A program made the translations under genes and the position numbers. A stretch of 24,000 bases of DNA, taken from contig CAXXUK010000002.1 of the NCBI GenBank assembly GCA_963665125.2, positions 496,245 through 520,244 on the forward strand, read 5' to 3'. Origin of the DNA: an uncultured Desulfarculus sp. GTDB lineage: Bacteria > Desulfobacterota > Desulfarculia > Desulfarculales > Desulfarculaceae. The notes beneath the pieces are model-generated. The model worked only from the letters and a program-made list of their open reading frames with translations, searched no databases and was not told the DNA's origin. The stretch's first letter is position 1. Every line of letters begins with the position of its first letter. Shown one piece after another: positions 1 to 7,617 of the stretch.

Positions 1-1
1 C

Positions 2-118
2 TTTATCCGGGATCACACCACCCTGCTGATTATCAAGGAGGCCAAGACGGACGTTGGCCTCAGCGGCGTTGAGTTCGACAAGAACAAGATGGGCAACAAG
101 TGGAACGAGACCTTCTAG
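2..118 (+). CDS. 3' end (last 38 codons) of an unidentified protein-coding gene whose 5' part lies outside the window
   Basis: Frame 2 is the only frame open from the window edge to TAG 116-118 (FIRDHTTLLIIKEAKTDVGLSGVEFDKNKMGNKWNETF*). Third positions are G/C-rich as in neighbouring genes. Two strong hairpins follow directly. Confidence 0.5.
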   Translation, partial: FIRDHTTLLIIKEAKTDVGLSGVEFDKNKMGNKWNETF

Positions 119-122
119 TCAA

Positions 123-155
123 TATTGGAAAAGTCCGTCCTGGACTTTTCCAATA
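123..155 (+). terminator. Perfect 14-bp stem-loop after the upstream gene (terminator-like)
   Basis: TATTGGAAAAGTCC (123-136) pairs perfectly with GGACTTTTCCAATA (142-155) around a 5-nt loop GTCCT. It starts 5 nt after the stop codon. There is no clean U-tract. Confidence 0.55.
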
Positions 156-160
156 GACGG

Positions 161-184
161 TTGGCGAAAGCGACTTTTCGCCAA
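161..184 (+). terminator. Second stem-loop in tandem (9-bp stem)
   Basis: TTGGCGAAA (161-169) pairs with TTTCGCCAA (176-184). It lies directly after the first hairpin and upstream of the next gene's start. Confidence 0.4.
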
Positions 185-281
185 TCAACACAAATAGCTG
201 GTCCGAGACGGCGCAATTTGGGTGCGCCGTCCATGGCGCGCGCGAAACGATGCCTTTGGCGCGCTTGGGAGCGGTAGGGTT

Positions 282-1697
282 ATGAAAATCAACAATATTG
301 TCAAGTCGCTGTTATTGGTGTGGTGTCTGGGGCTGGTGCTGGGGCCTTGGGCGGCCCTGGCGGCAGAAGAAGCGGCCGACGACGACCTCAGCGGCCTGCT
401 GGAGCAGGAAACCTCCGACACTCCGGGCCTGACCATGGCCAAGGAGGAAAAGCTGTGGGGAATCCAGTACGAGGGCGAGCTGCGGGCCAACCTTTGGTAC
501 AAGTACGACGATGACCCGGAGTGGAAGACCACCAACCGCCTGGATCTGCTGGCCGAAAAAGAGGCCAACAACCTCAAAGTGCTGGGCCGGGTGAAGTTCG
601 ACTACCAGAACCTGGAGGCCGATCCGGACTTTCGCGCCGACGTGCGCGAGATGTACGCCCGCTACCGGGTGAAATCATCCTGGTTCGAATACCTGGACAT
701 GATCGCCGGCAAGAAGATCGTCTACTGGGGCAAGGGCGACGAGGTGCGCCCCCTGGACATCGTCTGCCCCGAGGACATGACCTCCAACATCTATTACCTG
801 AAGAACGAGCGCAAGACCGGCGTGCTAGGCCTGTTCGCCGACCTGGCCCTGAACCAGCACGTGACCCTGGAAGTCTTCTGGTCGCCGTATTTCCAAAAGT
901 CATGGACCCCGGATCTCGGTGATTATTTCGAGCCCTATGCCCTGCGTAAACTGCACGACGCGGGAGTGGCCGAGGGTTCGGCCATGGTTCCGGATAATTT
1001 CTCGGACATGGCCTCGGTGGGCGGCCGCCTGAAGCTTTCGGTGGCCCGCTTTGACATCGGGCTGTACGCCTACCAGGGCTACAGCAACCTGCCCACCTAT
1101 GAGATAACCTCGCTGATGCGCCACCCGGTCTACGGCATACCCATCCCCACCGAAGTGTCACCGGAATACTACCGCCTGACCATGTACGGCGCGGACTTCG
1201 AGCGGGCCGTGGGCGATTTCGTGCTGCGCGGCGAGGTGGCCTACATGGCGAACGGCGATCACGAAATGGTGGACTGGCAACACGACTACACTTTGCTGGT
1301 CCAATACCCCAACGGCATCGCCGACAGCCGCAGCCTGCAATACGTGGTGGGCCTGGACAAAAACAATCTGTTCATCCGCAATCTGTTCATGAACATCCAG
1401 TATGTTGGCCAGTACATCACCGACTATGACGACGTGTTCGCCGACGACCAGGTGACCCACGGCGCCACGCTGTATTTTCAGTATTCGATCATGGACTCGC
1501 TGTTCGTGTTCTACTACCGCGGCGTGGCCGACTTTACGCACCACACCTACCGCAACAGGTTTGACGGCGCGTACAAGATCAACAACTGGTCCGAGGTCTC
1601 CCTGGGCGTGATCATCTACAACGGTGACGCCGATACGCTGTTCGGCCAGTATGACAACCAGGACTTTGTCTATACGCAGCTCAAGGTGATCTTCTAG
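282..1697 (+). CDS. Secreted outer-membrane beta-barrel protein of unknown function (porin-like), 471 aa
   Basis: ORF 222-1697. I prefer ATG 282 because it gives a classical signal peptide (MKINNIVKSLLLVWCLGLVLGPWAALA/AEE). The mature part is rich in alternating aromatic/polar strands (Y/W/F/D/N/G) and ends ...YTQLKVIF with a C-terminal Phe, as in OM beta-barrels. Family assignment (e.g. DUF1302-like) could not be verified by eye. Confidence 0.7.
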   Translation: MKINNIVKSLLLVWCLGLVLGPWAALAAEEAADDDLSGLLEQETSDTPGLTMAKEEKLWGIQYEGELRANLWYKYDDDPEWKTTNRLDLLAEKEANNLKVLGRVKFDYQNLEADPDFRADVREMYARYRVKSSWFEYLDMIAGKKIVYWGKGDEVRPLDIVCPEDMTSNIYYLKNERKTGVLGLFADLALNQHVTLEVFWSPYFQKSWTPDLGDYFEPYALRKLHDAGVAEGSAMVPDNFSDMASVGGRLKLSVARFDIGLYAYQGYSNLPTYEITSLMRHPVYGIPIPTEVSPEYYRLTMYGADFERAVGDFVLRGEVAYMANGDHEMVDWQHDYTLLVQYPNGIADSRSLQYVVGLDKNNLFIRNLFMNIQYVGQYITDYDDVFADDQVTHGATLYFQYSIMDSLFVFYYRGVADFTHHTYRNRFDGAYKINNWSEVSLGVIIYNGDADTLFGQYDNQDFVYTQLKVIF

Positions 1698-1882
1698 CGC
1701 CTCGGGCACATTAATAAGGGCGGCGGCCTTCGCCAAAAGGGTGTGGGCAGCCCTGAAGGCCGTCGCCCGCACTTCAACCTCCCCCTTGACCGGCGTCAAG
1801 GCCATTGCCTAATATTTCCTAGAAGCACCAGGATTTTCAACCCTGCGAAAAATCTGTCTCCCTTTGCCCTTGGGAGCGGCAT

Positions 1883-2449
1883 ATGCCCAAACAAAGCGCT
1901 TGGCGGCAAGTGGCGCGGCCTGTATCCCTGGTCTTTTTGATCACGGCCGCATCGTATTTCGGCTATTTCGGTTCGCGGCAGGTAACCAACCCTTCCCTGC
2001 ACCAGATCATGGCCGCTTTTTTCGGCACCACCTATTTCATTTCCATTGCCCTGGGCTCCGTCTATGTCTTTGCCTCCAGCCGCCTGAAGGGCGCTGCTCT
2101 GGGCCTGGCCGTGGCGGCGTGTTTCGTCACCCCGCTGGCCTGGATGACCAAGGAGGTTTGGCGCATATCCGAGTCCCATCCCCTGGCCGAATGCCTGTAC
2201 TACTATCTCAACCCCCTGAATATCTGGCTGGTGTCGTTCATGTTCGTGGAGATGGGCCTGGCCTCCCTGATCATCCGGCCTCTTCTGCGCCGCCGGGGTC
2301 TGGGCCCGGACGGCGGCCCCGGGGCGGCCATGGCCGTGGTGGTCGTCAGCCTGGCCGTTGCCGTCTCGCTGTATGCCTGGGGTAAGGGGGAAAACATCTA
2401 CGTGCTGTTTCTGGGGGGCTACCGCGCACTCTTCGGATCGGGGGTGTAA
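1883..2449 (+). CDS. Hypothetical integral membrane protein (188 aa, about 5 hydrophobic segments)
   Basis: ATG 1883 has GGGAG 6 nt upstream. The sequence is strongly hydrophobic (e.g. VSLVFLITAASYFGYF, FFGTTYFISIALGSVYVFA, AAMAVVVVSLAVAVSLYAW). The stop lies 2 nt before the sulfatase ATG, suggesting co-transcription and coupling. Confidence 0.65.
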   Translation: MPKQSAWRQVARPVSLVFLITAASYFGYFGSRQVTNPSLHQIMAAFFGTTYFISIALGSVYVFASSRLKGAALGLAVAACFVTPLAWMTKEVWRISESHPLAECLYYYLNPLNIWLVSFMFVEMGLASLIIRPLLRRRGLGPDGGPGAAMAVVVVSLAVAVSLYAWGKGENIYVLFLGGYRALFGSGV

Positions 2450-2451
2450 CC

Positions 2452-3861
2452 ATGGCCAGCCGCGACAAGACCAATCGCCGCCAGGCCCTGCGTCTGATCG
2501 GTTCGGCGGCCGCCGCCGGGTATGTCGGCTTGAACTGGCCCGGTGCGTTGCGTCCGGCCCACGCCGCGCCCACCCAGAGGCCCAACATCATCTTTATCCT
2601 GGGCGACAACCACAATGCCGATGCCATGGGCTGCGCCGGCCATCCGTTTATTGATACGCCGGGCATGGACCGCCTGTCCAAGGAGGGCGTGCGCTTTGAA
2701 AACACCTTCAACACCACCAGCCTGTGCAGCCCCAGCAGGGCCAGCATCCTCACCGGGGCCTATGCCCACAACCACGGCGTGAAAAACAACCACACACCAT
2801 GGACCGGCCAGATGCCCACCTTTTTGGAGAATTTGAGCAAGGCGGGCTACGCCACGGCGTTTATCGGCAAATGGCACATGCCCGGCCACGGCCTGCCCAA
2901 GATGCCGTATCTGGACCTGTTCGTCTCCTACACCCACCGCGAGGGACAGGGTTCGTACTTTGACTGCCCGATGATCAAAAACGGCAGGCAGGTAGCCTCC
3001 CGGGCGCCGTACATCACCACCGAGGTCACCGACTACGCCATTGAGTTCATACAAAAGAACCAGGCCCAGCCAGGTGAGCAGCGCAAGCCGTTTTGCATCT
3101 ATCTGTCCCACCGCCCCGGCCATCCTCCGTTCCAGGCACCAGAGGACATAAAGGGAAGATACGACCATGCCGACGTCAAGGAAGTCCTGCCCGATAACGT
3201 GGATCCGTATTGGTACGGCAAGACCAAGGGCAATGTGTTCCAGGGCGTGATGATGGGCTCGTATTACGACCAATACCGCAAGTACTGCGAGACGCTCACG
3301 GCCATGGACCGCGACATCGTGCGCCTTTTGGATAAACTCGACGAAATGGGCTTGGCCGAAAACACCATGGTCATCTACATGGGCGACAACGGCATGCAGT
3401 GGGGCACCCACGATTGCCACGGCATACGCGAGCCTTATGAGGAATCGGCCAGGCTGCCATTGATCATCCGGGCCCCCTGGCTGATCAAGGACCCCGGCGC
3501 GGTAAGGGGGCAAATGGCCCTGAATATCGACATAGCCCCGACGTTTTTGGAGTTGGCCGGGGCGGCCATGCCGGGCCATGTGGACGGTCAAAGCCTGGTG
3601 CCGCTGCTCGCCGACGCCAAGGCCAAGGGGCGTGATGATTTCTTGATGGAGTTTTGGCGCTATTTCCCGGAGAACACGCCCAGCTACAAGGGCGTGCGCA
3701 CCAACCGCTACAAGTACGTCGAATTTGAGCGGGGGCGGGGGCCGTGGTTGTTTGATCTGCAAAACGACCCCAAGGAGATGAATAATCTCTACGGAACGCC
3801 CGAGGGGGACAAGGTTTTGCCGGGGTTGAGGAAGAGGTTGGGGGAGTATTTGGAGGGGTAG
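2452..3861 (+). CDS. Tat-exported Cys-type sulfatase (arylsulfatase / N-acetylglucosamine-6-sulfatase family), 469 aa
   Basis: There is a twin-arginine signal (TNRRQALRLIGSAAAAG...AHA). The N-terminal metal-site block is PNIIFILGDNHN. The formylglycine signature is SLCSPSRASILTG (C-x-P-x-R). Later sulfatase blocks are GKWH and YMGDNG. Confidence 0.9.
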   Translation: MASRDKTNRRQALRLIGSAAAAGYVGLNWPGALRPAHAAPTQRPNIIFILGDNHNADAMGCAGHPFIDTPGMDRLSKEGVRFENTFNTTSLCSPSRASILTGAYAHNHGVKNNHTPWTGQMPTFLENLSKAGYATAFIGKWHMPGHGLPKMPYLDLFVSYTHREGQGSYFDCPMIKNGRQVASRAPYITTEVTDYAIEFIQKNQAQPGEQRKPFCIYLSHRPGHPPFQAPEDIKGRYDHADVKEVLPDNVDPYWYGKTKGNVFQGVMMGSYYDQYRKYCETLTAMDRDIVRLLDKLDEMGLAENTMVIYMGDNGMQWGTHDCHGIREPYEESARLPLIIRAPWLIKDPGAVRGQMALNIDIAPTFLELAGAAMPGHVDGQSLVPLLADAKAKGRDDFLMEFWRYFPENTPSYKGVRTNRYKYVEFERGRGPWLFDLQNDPKEMNNLYGTPEGDKVLPGLRKRLGEYLEG

Positions 3862-4098
3862 GAACTTTAATCATCTACTAAAACGTGGTGATTTTGTTTG
3901 ACCGATATTGTTAGCTGGTTGTAGTATCAGTTAATGCCTATGGGGGTATGACGGCATGAGCCACGTTTCGCTCGGTCACGTGCGGGTTTATAAAAACCAC
4001 ATCTTTGAAAATAAATCCCCAATAACGACGTTTAAGAGTCAAGCTAAGCAAAGAAAATATACAGGTTTTCAGTGTGCATATATGTGCGAGGATGTTCA

Positions 4099-4986
4099 AT
4101 GAGTAAGGGAACGTACTACGTAGGTCGAATTAATAAGGGTGGACGTTTAGATAATAAAAATTTACTAAAAGCTATCATAAACTCAACAGAAATAACGCAT
4201 GGTTTATTCAAGTGGTCTATAACAAATATTGAAGAAGGGGAAGTTGATGAAGGGCCATATGTTTTTGGTTTTTTGTCTAAATATTATCTAGAGGGCCCCA
4301 TTAAAATAGTTAATGAAGAAGAAAAAAACCAAGAAGAGTATTCAGCTACTAATTTACTACGAGCAAGTAGCCCGTTTGTTTATCTTCCCGACTATGCAGG
4401 GATTGCGTATCTGCACGTTTGGGACGGGATACTTAATGAGACGTTTAGAAGTAGGTTTCAGCAAATAATCAAAGAAACCTTTGGAAATTTTTTTGTTGAT
4501 TTTACTATTGAGCCAATTATCGATTATAGAACATTTGTGCAGAAGATTATCGGACTAGATTCCATCCAATCAATAAATGCAACAGTTAGACCACCAAATC
4601 CATCATTTGGTCGACTTTGGAAGAATTTAAACGATTATATTATGGAGAGAAACGCACGCGAAGTGAATATTAGTGAAAAGGGAAGAGGCATAGAAGGAAT
4701 CAAATCAAAAATAGCTGATCTGTTATTGCGCATCATTGCAAATAAACTTTATGAACCAGACATTCCCCCGGATATTGCCGATGCTGCATTGTTGATGGCA
4801 GCTGATGGTTACGGTCATGGAACAATCAAGGGATATGATGGAAATTCAATTAGAACAATCAGGACGAGAGAAAACCAAGAAAGCTTTCCGTTTGATAAAG
4901 ACCCTGTGCCAAGTGAATTGGCATCTCGGTCCGCTTATGTATTTGAAAAAATATCAAAAAAGAGCGGAATGAGGCATGAAGACTAA
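4099..4986 (+). CDS. Orphan soluble protein of the low-GC island (295 aa), function unknown; candidate sensor/partner of a two-gene Rex-like module
   Basis: ORF 4072-4986. I prefer ATG 4099 because it has GAGGA (4088-4092) 6 nt upstream. Codons are A/T-rich and unlike the host. The protein is hydrophilic and K/E/N/I-rich, with no hydrophobic segments and no catalytic motif I can recognise. Its last 11 nt overlap the next ORF. Confidence 0.75.
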   Translation: MSKGTYYVGRINKGGRLDNKNLLKAIINSTEITHGLFKWSITNIEEGEVDEGPYVFGFLSKYYLEGPIKIVNEEEKNQEEYSATNLLRASSPFVYLPDYAGIAYLHVWDGILNETFRSRFQQIIKETFGNFFVDFTIEPIIDYRTFVQKIIGLDSIQSINATVRPPNPSFGRLWKNLNDYIMERNAREVNISEKGRGIEGIKSKIADLLLRIIANKLYEPDIPPDIADAALLMAADGYGHGTIKGYDGNSIRTIRTRENQESFPFDKDPVPSELASRSAYVFEKISKKSGMRHED

Positions 4987-5470
4987 TAAAATATTTTACT
5001 GGATTGGTATTTTGTTTCCGCTTCCTGAGGTATTAGTATTATTAATGTTTCCTCTCATATTCTTTGTATTTAATCAAGAAATAACTATTTTTATGAGGGA
5101 TATCGTTTCAATCAAAATATCATCTGATATCTTAAGCAAAATAGCATATGTTCCTCTAGCGATTATCCCCGTATCTGCCTATTTCGTGATTGGTATCTTA
5201 TCACCAGATCACGAGGATAAAAAAATCCTGCATAATTGGCAAGATCTTTGGGCTCTAAGGAGAACCTGCATGTCAGGCCTCGTATACCAAGCACTGTTCG
5301 CGGCCATTTCTCTGATTTCACTAGCTGCGTGCAGCTCTCAGAATGTCGAAAGCATGGAACTTGCTATTATAATTGCAGCGGTAGGGACGGCCTACTCCTC
5401 TTTGACATTTTTAAACGCTAAGGTCAGAGTACAAGAGTTTCTGTCTAGAGATAAAACCGAGAAACTCTGA
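4976..5470 (+). CDS. Small four-TM membrane protein of the low-GC island (164 aa); candidate membrane effector
   Basis: ATG 4976 lies inside the end of the preceding ORF (stop 4984-4986). There are four hydrophobic stretches: IFYWIGILFPLPEVLVLLMFPLIFFVF, IAYVPLAIIPVSAYFVIGIL, SGLVYQALFAAISLISLAA and MELAIIIAAVGTAYSSLTFL. Composition is as low-GC as its partner's. Confidence 0.7.
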   Translation: MKTNKIFYWIGILFPLPEVLVLLMFPLIFFVFNQEITIFMRDIVSIKISSDILSKIAYVPLAIIPVSAYFVIGILSPDHEDKKILHNWQDLWALRRTCMSGLVYQALFAAISLISLAACSSQNVESMELAIIIAAVGTAYSSLTFLNAKVRVQEFLSRDKTEKL

Positions 5471-5913
5471 GCGCGCGAATATTGTTTTGGAAGAGGCCCC
5501 TCTGGCCGCCGGCTCGCAAAAATATATCTGGCCCTGCTGGAATGTGACCGGCCCCGCGAGCGGAAATGCCTGTTAAGTTATATCTTCCCTGCCCAGTTGT
5601 GGACCGCACTGCTTTTGGCCGCTGCTCCTTGGCTGGGTTTCGATAACGGCGTGAGGGCGGTGCCCGGAGCGGGTGTCATGGCCGATCGCGCCGGGCGGTG
5701 TGCCTATTTACCGGCGTTGCTGTCCCACCCAACCGGCCCCAAACCTTCCACAGAATACGCCCCACACGCCGAGTAATAGCGTAATCCTGCCTGAGGCGGG
5801 CGATTCCATCCGCCAACACGCACGGAATACCTACAAACTCCAGCATATCCCAGGGAACCTCAGACCCAACTTGAGGCAACGTCATTTGGAGGGGGGAGAG
5901 GGGGACTGCTAGG

Positions 5914-6094
5914 CTGGCCAGGACGGCCAGACCGGATTGCCGCAAGGCAATCCGCGAGCCCCGGATCGGACTTGCTCCGTCCGGGACGCTGCACCTCGGG
6001 CCAGGGACGGGCCGAGGTGCAAAAAATCGTAGAGCCGGGGACCACCTTTGTCGAAAGGGGGTCCCCACTTCCCCCAGGGGAAAACGCCTTTTCC
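5914..6094. other. Cluster of six consecutive GC-rich stem-loops in an ORF-less gap (possible structured RNA or REP-like element)
   Basis: The six stem-loops are: CTGGCC/GGCCAG (5914-5930); CGGATTGCC-GCAA-GGCAATCCG (5933-5954, GNRA-type loop); CGGAC/GTCCG (5967-5983); GCACCTCGG/CCGAGGTGC (5991-6020); GGGGACC-A-CCTTT-GTCG-AAAGG-G-GGTCCCC (6037-6066); and GGAAAA-CGCC-TTTTCC (6079-6094). Strand and function are unknown. Confidence 0.35.
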
Positions 6095-6192
6095 GGGAGA
6101 CTTGACCCATCGCGGAGTTGGAAAAATGAAGTGCCCCTGCCCCGTGGCTTATTCATAGTCGAACACTAGACAATACCGGTGCCAGTGCATAC

Positions 6193-6208
6193 AGTTAGAG
6201 ACCGTTGC
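6193..6208. repeat. Left target-site duplication (AGTTA) plus left terminal inverted repeat of the IS
   Basis: AGTTA|GAGACCGTTGC was read directly. It mirrors the right end. Confidence 0.65.
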
Positions 6209-7484
6209 ACGGCGTCAGCTCCGAGAGTGCACTTTAATTGGTTGCAATAATTGGTTAAAATGTCCTTAACCATCGTGAATGGAGGGCATCTTTGGCCAAT
6301 CGGTTCGAGACAAGGCGGGGCGGTTTCGCGGACATGGCCGTGGCCAGCCGCAAACAGCCCAAAACCTTTCTGGATGATGTAAACCGCATCGTCGATTGGA
6401 AGCCCATCGAGGGCTTTCTGAAGAAAAAGCTTCGGCGCCACAAGGACGCGGTGGGCAATCCGGCTTATCCGCCTCTGGGCATGTTCAAGATTTTGCTGCT
6501 GCAACGCTGGCATGACCTGAGCGACCACAAGGCAGCCGAGGCCATGGCCGACCGAATTTCCTTTTGCCGTTTCGCCGGTTTTTCGTTGGATCACGAGTCG
6601 CCCGACGCCTCCACCATCTGCCGCTTTCGAAACCACCTGCAAGAGCGCGGCCTGCTGGACAAGCTGTTTAATATGATAAATCAGCAGCTTGAAGCGCAGG
6701 GTATTTTGGTGCGCACCGGCTCCAGCGTGGATGCCACCTTGATTCCATCCGCCCGCCAGCCCCGCAAAAAGCAGGAAGTGATCCTCGATGAACTCGACGA
6801 CCAAAACGACGATGATGACGACGACCGCCCCACCGGCTACAGCGTGGAAACCACCTATTCCGATGACACGGACGCCAAATGGACCAAGAAAGGCAAGAAG
6901 TACTGCTATGGCTACAAGGGACACATTGCCGTCGATGGGGAGCACGGGTTTATTCTGGCTGGCCACGCCACACCGGCCAACCGACCGGATTGCAAGGAAT
7001 TCATGGCCGTGGTCGACAACGCCAAGCTGAAGAAGGATGCTCCGGTCCTGGCCGACAAAGGCTACAGCAGCGCGGATAATCGAAGCCACCTGGAAGAGGC
7101 CGGTTACTTTGACTTGATCATGTACAAGGCGGCTCGCGGTCGACCGCTGAGTGATGCAGAACTCAGAGTGAACAAGGCAATCTCACGGGTGCGCTGCTCG
7201 GTGGAGAGGGCATTCGGCAGCATGAAGAAGCACTACGGCCTGGCGCGGGCCAGATATTTGGGCCTGGCCAAGATGAACATGCAACTGATGCTATCGGCCA
7301 TGGCCTTCAACCTGAAAAAGGCCGCGATACTGGCCGGCAGGTGATCAAAGACACCGGGGGGCAGGATGGGCAGCCAGGTAAAAGCTAGAAAAAACCCAAC
7401 GAAGCCCGGCCCAACTGCCTACTACACCGAAAAAATCATCTGAAAAGGAAAGTATGTCAGGACTCGGCTTTACGCAATGGTCTC
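6198..7484 (+). mobile_element. Intact IS5-family insertion sequence (about 1287 bp) with terminal inverted repeats and a 5-bp target-site duplication
   Basis: It carries a single DDE transposase ORF. The ends are GAGACCGTTGC (6198-6208) and GCAATGGTCTC (7474-7484), a 10/11 inverted repeat. It is flanked by direct AGTTA (6193-6197 and 7485-7489). Exact ends are uncertain by a few nt. Confidence 0.8.
6292..7344 (+). CDS. IS5-family DDE transposase (InsH-like N-terminal domain + DDE_Tnp_1), 350 aa
   Basis: TTG 6292 has GGAGGG 5 nt upstream. The N-terminal block (GGFADMAV...YPPLGMFKILLLQRWHDLSDHKAAEAMADRISFCRFAGFSL...STICRFRNHL) parallels E. coli IS5 InsH. The catalytic blocks are VDATLIPSA, VLADKGYSS and RVRCSVERAFGSMKKHYGLARARYLGL. 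There is an unusual poly-Asp insert (DELDDQNDDDDDDR). Confidence 0.9.
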   Translation: MANRFETRRGGFADMAVASRKQPKTFLDDVNRIVDWKPIEGFLKKKLRRHKDAVGNPAYPPLGMFKILLLQRWHDLSDHKAAEAMADRISFCRFAGFSLDHESPDASTICRFRNHLQERGLLDKLFNMINQQLEAQGILVRTGSSVDATLIPSARQPRKKQEVILDELDDQNDDDDDDRPTGYSVETTYSDDTDAKWTKKGKKYCYGYKGHIAVDGEHGFILAGHATPANRPDCKEFMAVVDNAKLKKDAPVLADKGYSSADNRSHLEEAGYFDLIMYKAARGRPLSDAELRVNKAISRVRCSVERAFGSMKKHYGLARARYLGLAKMNMQLMLSAMAFNLKKAAILAGR

Positions 7485-7489
7485 AGTTA
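7474..7489. repeat. Right terminal inverted repeat of the IS plus right target-site duplication (AGTTA)
   Basis: GCAATGGTCTC|AGTTA was read directly. The reverse complement GAGACCATTGC matches the left end at 10 of 11 positions. Confidence 0.65.
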
Positions 7490-7617
7490 ATGTATCCACG
7501 GACCCTGACCAGGAAAGCGCCATGCAAAACCTTGACTTCCCCATGATGGAATCGGAGGCCTGCGGCCCCGGCGGCCAGAACCAACAGGTCTGTTGAGGCC
7601 CCAAGACAACAGCCCGG

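Noticed and set aside
2419-3762. 447-aa minus-strand ORF antisense to the sulfatase gene
   Set aside because: It is a shadow ORF typical of GC-rich DNA. It lies fully inside a gene with clear family motifs, and its translation is A/G/R/P/H-rich low-complexity with no recognisable domain.
3927-3936. 10-nt string TCAGTTAATG shared between the left edge of the low-GC island (3927-3936) and the right IS junction (7483-7492)
   Set aside because: Hundreds of chance 10-mer matches are expected within 24 kb, and the flanking bases do not align. At most it reflects an AT-rich target preference of the IS, not a composite-element boundary.
3862-5560. tRNA gene or att-type direct repeats at the island borders
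   Set aside because: There is no T-loop (GGTTCGAATCC-like) or cloverleaf near either border. The only shared string at the two edges is ATATTGTT (8 nt), which is expected by chance in AT-rich DNA.
5673-6169. Several 65-144-aa ORFs on both strands in the gap between the island and the IS
   Set aside because: They overlap one another, are P/R/G/S-rich, have no SD or recognisable fragments of integrase, transposase or regulators, and coincide with the hairpin cluster. I treat the region as non-coding.
6166-7089. 307-aa minus-strand ORF antisense to the IS transposase
   Set aside because: The plus-strand transposase has all the IS5-family blocks. The antisense ORF crosses the IS boundary, which a real IS gene would not do.
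5471-7617. Possible cobalamin riboswitch upstream of the corrinoid protein gene hgcA
   Set aside because: I looked for a B12-box-like element and the conserved GCCACTG-type core on the plus strand and found neither. The stem-loops at 5914-6094 do not match the riboswitch architecture and are separated from hgcA by the IS. This needs an Infernal run to exclude formally.
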